Shown: positions 9,212-17,802 of the stretch, one piece after another
How the letters are laid out: every line of letters starts with the position of its first letter
Numbering within the stretch: the first letter of the stretch is position 1
IMG/VR virus record: IMGVR_UViG_3300018427_001866
DNA from: a virus
Reading direction: 5' to 3' (one strand)
DNA: 19,290 nt
Program-made: the position numbers and the translations under genes
Notes under the pieces: model-generated
Told to the model about the DNA's origin: nothing
The model's database searches: none
What the model saw: only the letters and a program-made list of their open reading frames with translations

Positions 9212-9314
9212 TAGAAACTTAACATTGTGGTATATCTTATTAACAGTTTCTGTGAGCATATTAGGAATTTTAGGAATACGCAAAATTCATAAAAAGAATA
9301 AGAAGAACAAATAA
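9191..9314 (+). other. Cell-wall sorting signal of the adhesin completed only after skipping C9203
   Basis: Reading ACA CCA AAA ACA (skip C) GGA GAT AGT ... gives TPKTGDSRNLTLWYILLTVSVSILGILGIRKIHKKNKKNK*: LPXTG-like motif, hydrophobic helix, basic tail, stop TAA at 9312-9314. Confidence 0.9.
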
Positions 9315-9316
9315 TT

Positions 9317-9348
9317 AAAGGGTGGCTTATTTTGAAGCCACCTTTTTC
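9317..9348 (+). terminator. Intrinsic terminator after the adhesin
   Basis: GGTGGCTT (9321-9328) / AAGCCACC (9335-9342) followed by TTTTT. Confidence 0.9.
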
Positions 9349-9367
9349 TTTTGAAAGAAGGTGGAAA

Positions 9368-9586
9368 ATGGCAAACATTACTACAATACAAAAAAATAAA
9401 TTATTAAGAAAATTAAGGAATATCAATGTTCTTAACGAAAAAGATATTTTAAATTTAAAAGTTTATGAATTAAAGAAAATTAAAGATAATGATAAATTAA
9501 CTTTAAATGATATAGAGATAATATGGTTAATGCAAGAAGCCATAGAAAAGAAAAGTTTATTAGACTTTTTTACAGATCAAAGTTAG
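9368..9586 (+). CDS. Small hypothetical protein
   Basis: ATG at 9368 (MANITTIQKNKLLRKLRN...) after GAAGGTGG. The tracked start at 9332 lies inside the terminator hairpin, so 9368 is preferred. Confidence 0.6.
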   Translation: MANITTIQKNKLLRKLRNINVLNEKDILNLKVYELKKIKDNDKLTLNDIEIIWLMQEAIEKKSLLDFFTDQS

Positions 9587-9601
9587 GAGGTGTAAATATT
9601 A

Positions 9602-12600
9602 TTGAAATTTGTTGAAGTAAGAAAATTATATAAAGATACTGTAAAGCAAATAACAAAAGATAGTGATAAGTGGACAAACTTTTTAAAGAGTGCTGCGTGG
9701 AATTTTAAATATAATTTTGATGACCAAGTTCTTATATATGCACAAAAGCCAGAAGCAACTGCTTGTGCAGAGATGCAAGAATGGAACACAAAAGTTATAC
9801 CTCATAGATGGGTAAATAAAAATGCAAAAGGTATTGCTATATATGCAAAACCAAATAGTGAATTACCATTAAGATTTGTATTTGATTTATCTGATACTCA
9901 TAATTACAGAAAAACTGAATATAAACTTTGGGCAGTAGAAGAAAAATTTGAAAAAGATGTAATTGAAGCATTAGAAGATAAATTTGGAGAAATTGGTGCA
10001 GAAGTTGATTTAAGAAAGGCAATAATCTTAATATCATATAATATGGTAACAGACAGTATTCAAGATTATATGGCAACTATAAAGAATTATACAAAAGGTA
10101 CATTACTAGATGGTAAGGATGATTCTGAAATTGAAGCTATGTTTATATCTACTGTATGGAGCAGTGTTGCATATATGATGATGACAAGATGTGGTTTAAA
10201 TGCAGAGGAATATATAGATAAAAGTGAATATCAATTTATAAATTATTTTAATAATACAAAACTTACAACAATTTTAGGAACAGCAACAAGTGATATAGCA
10301 GAAGTAGGATTAAGAGAAATTGCTACTACAATTAAAAATTTAAAAATTGAAGAAAAAAATAAAAATCGCACATTTGCAGAAGAAGAAAATAAAGAGTATT
10401 CTAATATTGAAGATAAAAATATTAAGGGAGGTAAAGAAAATGAGCGAGATACAATACCAAGTGAAAGATGGGATTCAAGTTCCAAATATAATAATGGAGG
10501 AAGAGAAGATACCAACAGGGAAATACGCAATAATGAGAATGGAATACTTAAGAAATCACAAGAAAGCAGAGTATTCAATAATGAGAATGGAGAAAGAATT
10601 AGCGAAACACTTAACAGAGATACAAGACAAAGCAACGAAAATGATAAATCAAATAGTGGAAGAAATGACCAAGAAAAATGGAATAACGGAAGAGCTGAAA
10701 GCAACGAATCAGATGGAATGGGTGGGAATAATGAACAACTACCAAAAGACAGCAGAACAACAAGTAGTGAGAGAACTGATTTACATTTAGAACAAACTGA
10801 AAGGAAAAAATATAATGTCAATGAAAGAAGTAATATTAAAAGTTTTTATGATGATGAAACAATAAATGATATTATTAGAAATTCGCCAAACATAAATAAG
10901 AACATAGCAGAAATAAAAAAATTTTTAAAAGAAAATATTGATGATAAGGAAAAGTGTAAAAATTATGTATCTGAAATATTTAGTGATGCTTATACAGAAT
11001 ATACTATAAATGATAATAATGTTCGTGTGGGACATAAAACATATAGTAATGGACTATACTTATGGAAAGGCGATTATCTTCACAGAACAGAAGAAAACTT
11101 TTGTCATTGGAGTTCTGTTACAGAACATTTAACAGCTATGATGATACTTGGAGAATTAGATTATGCTAGTATAAAGTTTAATACAGAAGAAGAACAAATA
11201 GATATTATAAATCAAGCAGAAGTAAATAATACTTCTGTTTTTTCTTTACCACAAGAAATAATAGATAAGACATTGCAGCAAGGAAGTCATATTGAAGAAG
11301 GTAAATTTAGAATATATGAACAACTTACTAAAAATTTATCAAGCAAAGAAAATGCAGAATTTTTAAAAAATGAATATGGCATAGGTGGAGTAAGCTCAAT
11401 ATTATCTGGTAGCAAAATAAGCGAAGATCATAGCCCTAAAGGAATAAGACTTACACGAGGCAGAGGCGATAATGAACAAATATATTGGATAACTTGGTTA
11501 CAAGCTGAAAAAAGAATAAGAGAGTTAATTAGTGGAGATAGATACTTTAATAGTAAAGAGAAAGAACAATATAAAAAATGGTTAGAAGATAAGGAAACTA
11601 TAACAATAAATCCTACTGATATAAGAGAAGAAACAAAAGAAATTGAAGAAGACTATATATATAAGTTAGCTGATAGAGTATTTATTGGAACAGATGAATA
11701 TGAAATTATAAATATAGCAAAAGGAAAAGTTACTCTTGCAGATGTTAGATTTCCTTTATTTATGCAAGAGATGGATTATGAAGAATTTGATAGAAAAGCA
11801 AAAGAAAATCCATATAATGAACATTTAAAAAAGAATAACAGAATAGATGGACTTGAAGAAATAGCAGAAAATGAAGATACTATTGAAGATGAGTCATTTA
11901 ATAAATGGTTAGATACTTTTATAGAAGAAAAAGGAATTGACTTAAATGAAATAATAACATTAGAAAGCAATAATAATATTCATAATTTTGAAATAGGTAA
12001 TATTGTAGAAACAATAAAAGTTACATCAAGAGAAGAACAAGAGAAGATTAAAGATACAATAGTAAAAATAGATTTTGCTAATGGAGATGTATTAGACTAT
12101 TTTAAGCATTTAGCAAATGCTTTGGTAACAAATTATGAAGTAGAAGAGCCACAACAAGACATTGTTGAAGATAAACCGATAGTTGCTAATATAAAAAGGA
12201 AAAGAAGAAATAAAATTGAATATTTTGACTTACACCCTGAAATACCTTTATCTGAAAGAAACAATTATAAAATAACAGATAATAGCTTGGGAGAAGGGAC
12301 ACCAAGAGAAAAATATAGAAGAAATATTGAAGCTATAAAAGTTTTAAAAAAATGTGAAGAAGAAAATAGATATGCGACTCCAGAAGAACAACAAATATTA
12401 TCACAATATATTGGGTGGGGTGGTATACCAGATGCTTTTGATAGCAATAATTCTAGTTGGTCAAAGGAATATGAAGAATTAAAATCTTTACTAACTGAAA
12501 AAGAATATAAAGAAGCAAGACAATCAACACTAACAGCTTTTTATACGCCACCAATAGTAATAAAATCTATATATAAAGCATTAGAAAAAATGGGATTACA

Positions 12601-12670
12601 AAGGGGTAACATTTTAGAGCCTTCGTGTCGGAGTAGGGAACTTTTTAGGAATGCTTCCAAATACTCTTGA
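9602..12670 (+). CDS. N-terminal part of a polyvalent ICE/plasmid protein (ArdC/YodL-like domains plus start of N6-adenine DNA methyltransferase); 0-frame ORF ends shortly after the frameshift site
   Basis: TTG start with SD TAGGAGGTG at 9584-9592; EVRKLYKDTVKQITKDSDKWTNFLKSAAWNFKYNFDDQVLIYAQKPEATACAE is typical of the large SNF2/methyltransferase proteins of Clostridia mobile elements. Ends NILEPSC then frameshift. Confidence 0.85.
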   Translation: MKFVEVRKLYKDTVKQITKDSDKWTNFLKSAAWNFKYNFDDQVLIYAQKPEATACAEMQEWNTKVIPHRWVNKNAKGIAIYAKPNSELPLRFVFDLSDTHNYRKTEYKLWAVEEKFEKDVIEALEDKFGEIGAEVDLRKAIILISYNMVTDSIQDYMATIKNYTKGTLLDGKDDSEIEAMFISTVWSSVAYMMMTRCGLNAEEYIDKSEYQFINYFNNTKLTTILGTATSDIAEVGLREIATTIKNLKIEEKNKNRTFAEEENKEYSNIEDKNIKGGKENERDTIPSERWDSSSKYNNGGREDTNREIRNNENGILKKSQESRVFNNENGERISETLNRDTRQSNENDKSNSGRNDQEKWNNGRAESNESDGMGGNNEQLPKDSRTTSSERTDLHLEQTERKKYNVNERSNIKSFYDDETINDIIRNSPNINKNIAEIKKFLKENIDDKEKCKNYVSEIFSDAYTEYTINDNNVRVGHKTYSNGLYLWKGDYLHRTEENFCHWSSVTEHLTAMMILGELDYASIKFNTEEEQIDIINQAEVNNTSVFSLPQEIIDKTLQQGSHIEEGKFRIYEQLTKNLSSKENAEFLKNEYGIGGVSSILSGSKISEDHSPKGIRLTRGRGDNEQIYWITWLQAEKRIRELISGDRYFNSKEKEQYKKWLEDKETITINPTDIREETKEIEEDYIYKLADRVFIGTDEYEIINIAKGKVTLADVRFPLFMQEMDYEEFDRKAKENPYNEHLKKNNRIDGLEEIAENEDTIEDESFNKWLDTFIEEKGIDLNEIITLESNNNIHNFEIGNIVETIKVTSREEQEKIKDTIVKIDFANGDVLDYFKHLANALVTNYEVEEPQQDIVEDKPIVANIKRKRRNKIEYFDLHPEIPLSERNNYKITDNSLGEGTPREKYRRNIEAIKVLKKCEEENRYATPEEQQILSQYIGWGGIPDAFDSNNSSWSKEYEELKSLLTEKEYKEARQSTLTAFYTPPIVIKSIYKALEKMGLQRGNILEPSCRSRELFRNASKYS
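10364..10375 (+). promoter_or_regulatory. Copy 2 of the AATCGCACATTT motif, 76 nt before the TnpV-like ATG and inside the helicase ORF
   Basis: Perfect 12-mer match to 3312 and 17045. Confidence 0.4.
10440..10790 (+). CDS. tnpV: TnpV-family transposon-encoded protein, overprinted in a second frame of the helicase ORF
   Basis: MSEIQYQVKDGIQVPNIIMEEEKIPTGKYAIMRMEYLRNHKKAEYSIMRMEKELAKHLTEIQDKATKMINQIVEEMTKKNGITEELKATNQMEWVGIMNNYQKTAEQQVVRELIYI*; recalled TnpV hallmarks (xxxxPNLxxP, YLxxHK, GxLxxHLxEID, GVTExLKAxxQMxWVxxMNxxRxxAExIVxxELIY). Internal SD AAGGGAGGT at 10424-10432, about 8 nt from the ATG. Confidence 0.8.
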   Translation: MSEIQYQVKDGIQVPNIIMEEEKIPTGKYAIMRMEYLRNHKKAEYSIMRMEKELAKHLTEIQDKATKMINQIVEEMTKKNGITEELKATNQMEWVGIMNNYQKTAEQQVVRELIYI

Positions 12671-15600
12671 TGAGTGTAAGATATATGGTGTTGAAATAGA
12701 TACAATTTCTGGGAAAATAGCAAGACAACTTTATCAAAAAAATACAATAGCTGTAAAAGGCTTTGAAGAAGTAGAAATGCCAGATTCGTTTTTTGATGTT
12801 GCAGTAGGAAATGTTCCTTTTGGAGATTATAAATTATCAGACAAAAGATATGATAAAAATAGATTTTTAATACACGATTATTTCTTCGCAAAGACACTTG
12901 ATAAAGTAAGACCAAATGGTGTTATTGCATTTATTACATCAAAAGGAACATTAGATAAAGAAAATGATAGTGTAAGAAAATATATTTCTCAAAGAGCAGA
13001 ACTCATAGGAGCAATAAGATTACCAAATAATACTTTTAAGAAAAATGCTGGAACAGAGGTTACAGCAGATATTATATTCTTAAAGAAAAGAGATAAAGTA
13101 GTAGATTTTGAAGATGATTGGGTACAACTTGAAGAAAATGAAAACAATATAAAAATGAATAAGTATTTCGTTGAACACCCAGAAATGATACTAGGAAAAA
13201 TGGAAATGAAATCTACTCAATATGGATTTGATTCAACTTGTGTTCCATATAGCGAAAACAGTTTAGAAACATTACTTGATAATGCTATAAACAATATAAA
13301 TTCAGAAATGGAAGATTATCAAATAGATGATTTAGATGATGAAGAAGAAATCAGTATTCCTGCAGATTCAAGTGTAAGGAATTTTTCATATACAATAGTA
13401 GATGAAAAAATTTATTATAGGCAAAATAGTAGAATGTATTATCAAGATTTACCTTTAACAACAGTTAGTAGAATTAAAGGTATGATAGCAATTCGTGATT
13501 GTGTAAGGAATTTAATAGAATTGCAAACAGATGATGCAGCAGAAGAAAGTATAAAGGAAGAACAAAGGAAATTAAATAATTTATATGATAATTTCACTAA
13601 AAAATATGGAACTATAAATAGTAGAGCAAACGAAAAAGCATTTTCGGAAGATGACAGTTATTATTTGTTGTGTTCATTAGAAATTGTAGATGATAAGAAA
13701 GAATTTAAAAGAAAAGCAGATATGTTCTATAAAAGAACAATAAAGCCTAATAGAGTAGTGTCGGTTGCAGAAAACGCAATAGACGCTTTAATTTTATCTA
13801 TTCAAGAGAAAGCTATGGTTGATATAGAGTATATGTCATCATTAACAGGGAAAACAGAAGCAGAACTTGTTAAAGAATTAGAGGGGAGCATATATAAAGA
13901 TCCCATGCAAGATATATATGTTACTGCTGATGAATATCTTTCTGGAAATGTAAGAGAAAAATTAAAAATAGCAAAGCAATTTGCAACTACTAACAAAGAA
14001 TATGAAATAAATGTTAAGGCACTTGAAAAAGTAAAAATAAAGGATTTATCTGCGAGTGAAATAAGTGTAAGGCTAGGTGCGACTTGGATACCACCACGAG
14101 ATATAGAACAATTTATATATGAATTGTTAGAGCCTAGTTATTACAATAGAGAAAAAATAAAAGTAAGTTATTCTCAATATACTTCTGACTGGAACATATC
14201 TGGAAAAAGTGAAGATAGATATAATCAAAGAGCAAATACAACTTATGGGACAAATAGAATAAACGCATATAAGATTATCGAGCAAACATTAAATTTAAAA
14301 GATGTAAGAATATTTGATACGAAAATAAATCTTGATGGAAAAGAAGAAAAAGTTTTAAATACGAAGGAAACTGCAATAGCACAGGGAAAACAAGAACTTA
14401 TTAAAAGCAAATTTGAAGAGTGGATTTGGAAAGATCAAGAGCGTAGAGAAAGATTAACAAAAACATATAACGAAAAATTTAATTGTATAAAACCAAGAGA
14501 ATATAACGGAGAATATATAAGTTTTGGAGGTATAAATCCAGAAATAAAGTTAAGAAAACATCAAGTAAATGCTATTGCTAGGATTTTATATGGTGGAAAT
14601 ACTTTATTAGCACACGAAGTTGGAGCAGGAAAAACATTTGAAATGGTTGCAGGAGCTATGGAAAGTAAAAGAATAGGTCTTTGTAATAAATCATTGTTTG
14701 TTGTTCCAAACCATATAGTTGAACAATTTGCAAGTGAGTTTTTACAGTTATACCCTTCTGCAAATATTTTAGTTACAACAAAAAAAGATTTTGCTACTAA
14801 TAATAGAAAGAAATTTTGCAGTAAAATAGCAACAGGAGAATATGATGCTATAATCTTGGGACATTCGCAATTTGAAAAAATACAAATGTCAAAGGAAAGA
14901 CAAGAAAGAATATTAGAAAAACAAATTAGAGATATGAGTTATGGAATAAGTGATATGCGAGATAATGATGCAGAGTATTATTCTATAAAACAAATGGAAA
15001 AAAGCAAAAAGAAATTGGAAGAAAAATTAAAGAAATTAAATGATCAAAGTAAAAAAGATGATGTAATAACATTTGAGCAATTAGGTGTTGATAGACTGTT
15101 TGTAGATGAAGCACATTATTTTAAGAATTTATTTTTATATACAAAAATGCGTAATGTTGGAGGTATAGCACAAACAGAAGCTCAAAAAAGCTCTGACTTG
15201 TTTATGAAATGTCAATATTTAGATGAATTAACAGGTGGAAAAGGAATTGTTTTTGCAACTGGGACTCCAGTATCAAATAGTATGGTTGAACTTTACACTA
15301 TGCAGCGTTATTTACAATATGCAGAATTAGAAGAAAGAGATTTATTACAATTTGATTCTTGGGCTTCTACATTTGGAGAAACTGTAACAGCAATAGAACT
15401 AACACCAGAAGGGACAGGTTATAGGGCAAAGACAAGATTTGCTAAATTTTATAATTTACCAGAGCTAATGGCTATGTTTAAAGAAACAGCAGATATTCAA
15501 ACGGCAGACACTTTAAATTTACCAGTTCCAAAAGCTAATTTTCATACAATTACAGCAAAGCCGAGTGATATACAAAAACAAATGGTAAAAGGTTTAGGAG

Positions 15601-17045
15601 AACGAGCTGAAAAGATAAGGAAAAAAGAAGTTAGTCCTTATGAAGATAATATGCTTAAAATAACAAATGAAGGTAGAAAACTAGCATTAGACCAAAGAAT
15701 GATAAATGAAATTTTACCAGATTTTGAAGGCAGCAAAGTAAATTTGTGTGCAAACAATTTATACAGAATTTGGGACGAAACCAAAGAAAAGAAATTAACG
15801 CAATTAGTTTTTTGTGATTTATCTACACCAAGAGGAGATGGTAAGTTTAATGTATATGATGATGTTAGAAACAAGTTAATTGCAAAAGGAATACCATCTG
15901 AAGAAATAGCATTTATACACGAAGCAGATAATGAGAGCAAGAAAAAAGAATTGTTTACAAAAGTTCGTAACGGAGATGTAAGAATTTTAATAGGCTCTAC
16001 TGCTAAAATGGGAGCAGGTACAAATGTTCAAAATAAAATAATTGCTATGCACCATTTAGACTGTCCGTGGAGACCTGCAGATTTAACACAAAGAAATGGA
16101 AGGGGAATAAGACAAGGAAATGAAAACCCAGAAATTGATATATACACTTATGTAACAGAAGGAACATTTGATGCTTATTTATATCAATTAGTTGAAAATA
16201 AGCAAAAGTTTATTTCTCAAATTATGACATCAAAAGCAATAGTAAGATCTGCAGAAGATATAGATGAAAAAGCATTGTCTTATGCAGAAATTAAAGCATT
16301 AGCAGCAGGAAACCCCCTAATAGTAGAAAAAACAGAATTAGATACACAAGTAGCAAAATTAAAACTATTAAAACAAAACTATTTAAGTCAAATTTATAGA
16401 CTAGAAGATTTAATAGCCAAATATTACCCAGTAGAGATAAAGAAAACACAAGATATTATAAAAGGAATTGAAAATGATATTGTTGTTGTTGAACAAAAAA
16501 CAAAAATAGATGAAGAAGAAAAATTTTCTCCAATGATTCTTAAAGGCAAAGAATATAAAAATAAAGAAGCAGCAGGAACAGAGTTACTTGAATTATGCAA
16601 AAACAAACATACTGCAGATTTAGAAGAAATAGGAGAATACAGAGGTTTGAAAATGTTACTAGAATTAGACACTTTTAGGGGAGAATTTAGATTAAAATTA
16701 AAATCAAGTGTTTCTTATAAAGTTGATTTAGGAACAGATATATTTGGTAATATTACAAGAATAGACAATGTAATAAAAGATATGAATAAAGAATTAGAAA
16801 AAAGAAAAGAAGAGCTAGAAAATCTTGAAAAACAATTTGAAAATGCAAAAGTTGATGTTAATATACCATTTGAAAAGGAAGACGAGCTGAAAGAAAAAAC
16901 AGAAAAATTAAATAATATCAATGCTTTATTAAATCTAAATGAAAAGGAAAAAAGTGAAATTATAGATGATGAGCCGATGGAAAGTTTGGATGAAGAAAAT
17001 GTAGAAAGAGAATGTCAAGACTACGATAGAAATGATTTCAGATAA
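12651..17045 (+). CDS. C-terminal part of the same polyvalent protein: N6-adenine methyltransferase motif IV plus SNF2/SF2 helicase; natural reading enters this frame at 12630
   Basis: GNVPFGDYK (about 12807-12833), LLAHEVGAGKTFEMVAGAM (Walker A), VDEAHYFKN, FATGTPVSNSMVELYTMQRYLQ, IGSTAKMGAGTNVQNKIIAMHHLDCPWRPADLTQRNGRGIRQGN. Upstream in-frame sequence from 12630 reads GVGNFLGMLPNTLDECKIYGVEID, continuous with EPSC. Confidence 0.93.
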   Translation: MLPNTLDECKIYGVEIDTISGKIARQLYQKNTIAVKGFEEVEMPDSFFDVAVGNVPFGDYKLSDKRYDKNRFLIHDYFFAKTLDKVRPNGVIAFITSKGTLDKENDSVRKYISQRAELIGAIRLPNNTFKKNAGTEVTADIIFLKKRDKVVDFEDDWVQLEENENNIKMNKYFVEHPEMILGKMEMKSTQYGFDSTCVPYSENSLETLLDNAINNINSEMEDYQIDDLDDEEEISIPADSSVRNFSYTIVDEKIYYRQNSRMYYQDLPLTTVSRIKGMIAIRDCVRNLIELQTDDAAEESIKEEQRKLNNLYDNFTKKYGTINSRANEKAFSEDDSYYLLCSLEIVDDKKEFKRKADMFYKRTIKPNRVVSVAENAIDALILSIQEKAMVDIEYMSSLTGKTEAELVKELEGSIYKDPMQDIYVTADEYLSGNVREKLKIAKQFATTNKEYEINVKALEKVKIKDLSASEISVRLGATWIPPRDIEQFIYELLEPSYYNREKIKVSYSQYTSDWNISGKSEDRYNQRANTTYGTNRINAYKIIEQTLNLKDVRIFDTKINLDGKEEKVLNTKETAIAQGKQELIKSKFEEWIWKDQERRERLTKTYNEKFNCIKPREYNGEYISFGGINPEIKLRKHQVNAIARILYGGNTLLAHEVGAGKTFEMVAGAMESKRIGLCNKSLFVVPNHIVEQFASEFLQLYPSANILVTTKKDFATNNRKKFCSKIATGEYDAIILGHSQFEKIQMSKERQERILEKQIRDMSYGISDMRDNDAEYYSIKQMEKSKKKLEEKLKKLNDQSKKDDVITFEQLGVDRLFVDEAHYFKNLFLYTKMRNVGGIAQTEAQKSSDLFMKCQYLDELTGGKGIVFATGTPVSNSMVELYTMQRYLQYAELEERDLLQFDSWASTFGETVTAIELTPEGTGYRAKTRFAKFYNLPELMAMFKETADIQTADTLNLPVPKANFHTITAKPSDIQKQMVKGLGERAEKIRKKEVSPYEDNMLKITNEGRKLALDQRMINEILPDFEGSKVNLCANNLYRIWDETKEKKLTQLVFCDLSTPRGDGKFNVYDDVRNKLIAKGIPSEEIAFIHEADNESKKKELFTKVRNGDVRILIGSTAKMGAGTNVQNKIIAMHHLDCPWRPADLTQRNGRGIRQGNENPEIDIYTYVTEGTFDAYLYQLVENKQKFISQIMTSKAIVRSAEDIDEKALSYAEIKALAAGNPLIVEKTELDTQVAKLKLLKQNYLSQIYRLEDLIAKYYPVEIKKTQDIIKGIENDIVVVEQKTKIDEEEKFSPMILKGKEYKNKEAAGTELLELCKNKHTADLEEIGEYRGLKMLLELDTFRGEFRLKLKSSVSYKVDLGTDIFGNITRIDNVIKDMNKELEKRKEELENLEKQFENAKVDVNIPFEKEDELKEKTEKLNNINALLNLNEKEKSEIIDDEPMESLDEENVERECQDYDRNDFR

Positions 17046-17056
17046 ATCGCACATTT
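17045..17056 (+). promoter_or_regulatory. Copy 3 of the AATCGCACATTT motif, 60 nt before the ATG at 17105
   Basis: Perfect 12-mer match to the copies at 3312 and 10364. Confidence 0.45.
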
Positions 17057-17104
17057 TACAAAAAAATACAATTATATATACAATAGCAGCAGGAGGTATG
17101 AAAT

Positions 17105-17728
17105 ATGGAATTTGATAAATTAAAAAAACTATTTCAAGCACCACTGCTAGATGAATTATATAATAGTAGGTGCGAAGATTTTGAAACAGAACTTATGAAA
17201 GCAAAAAAAGCAGGAGAAGAATACATTGAAGATATTGGCAATAGATTTGATGCAATTCTAAAAACTATAGATCAAAAACATTACGATTTTGTTTCAAAGG
17301 AACAAGAAGAAATCTATAAGCAACTATTAAGTTATGCAGAAATCTTTGGAAAGGAATACTATAAATTAGGTATAGTAGATGGTTTTGTTTTAAAACATGA
17401 ACTAGCTGAAAACAAAGTGAAAGAAAACAATATTGCTTTTAATCATAAGTTTTTTGATAACTATGATACAGATTATAGTGAGTTTTTGGAGAGATATAAA
17501 GTTAATGTTTTATACAAAAATAAAGAATATAAGAATAGTATAGATGAAGAACAAAGGTTATTAAATGAATATCCTAAATTAAGAGATTTATTAGAAAATG
17601 ATGATATTAAAAAACTTAATAAAGATGAAATAAAAGCTCTTATAAAAGTAGTAAGATTAGAAGACAAGCAAAGATGTATAGAAATAAAACATTCTTTTAA
17701 ACTAGGAATAAAAGAAGGCATTGAATAA
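17105..17728 (+). CDS. Hypothetical helical protein (207 aa), downstream of the helicase
   Basis: MEFDKLKKLFQAPLLDELYNSRCEDF...; SD AGGAGGT at 17091-17097. Confidence 0.65.
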   Translation: MEFDKLKKLFQAPLLDELYNSRCEDFETELMKAKKAGEEYIEDIGNRFDAILKTIDQKHYDFVSKEQEEIYKQLLSYAEIFGKEYYKLGIVDGFVLKHELAENKVKENNIAFNHKFFDNYDTDYSEFLERYKVNVLYKNKEYKNSIDEEQRLLNEYPKLRDLLENDDIKKLNKDEIKALIKVVRLEDKQRCIEIKHSFKLGIKEGIE

Positions 17729-17735
17729 GTATTGT

Positions 17736-17770
17736 AAAAGCAGATAGTTTATTGATAATTATCTGCTTTT
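17736..17770 (+). terminator. Terminator-like hairpin after 17105..17728
   Basis: AAAAGCAGATA (17736-17746) / TATCTGCTTTT (17760-17770), perfect 11-bp stem. Confidence 0.75.
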
Positions 17771-17802
17771 ATGATATTATTCTTATAAATAGCAATTTTT
17801 TT

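Noticed and set aside
9332-9367. Tracked start at 9332 for the small ORF
   Set aside because: The start lies inside the adhesin terminator hairpin; ATG 9368 has a GAAGGTGG SD.
10243-10821. 192-aa minus-strand ORF opposite the helicase linker
   Set aside because: Ser/Leu-rich composition is the mirror of the purine-rich low-complexity + strand; no SD or recognisable family; the + strand already has two supported frames here.
12651-12653. Independent gene start for the helicase half at ATG 12651
   Set aside because: The upstream AGGA is too close to serve as SD, and conserved sequence GVGNFLG lies upstream in the same frame from 12630, so this is a frameshift continuation.
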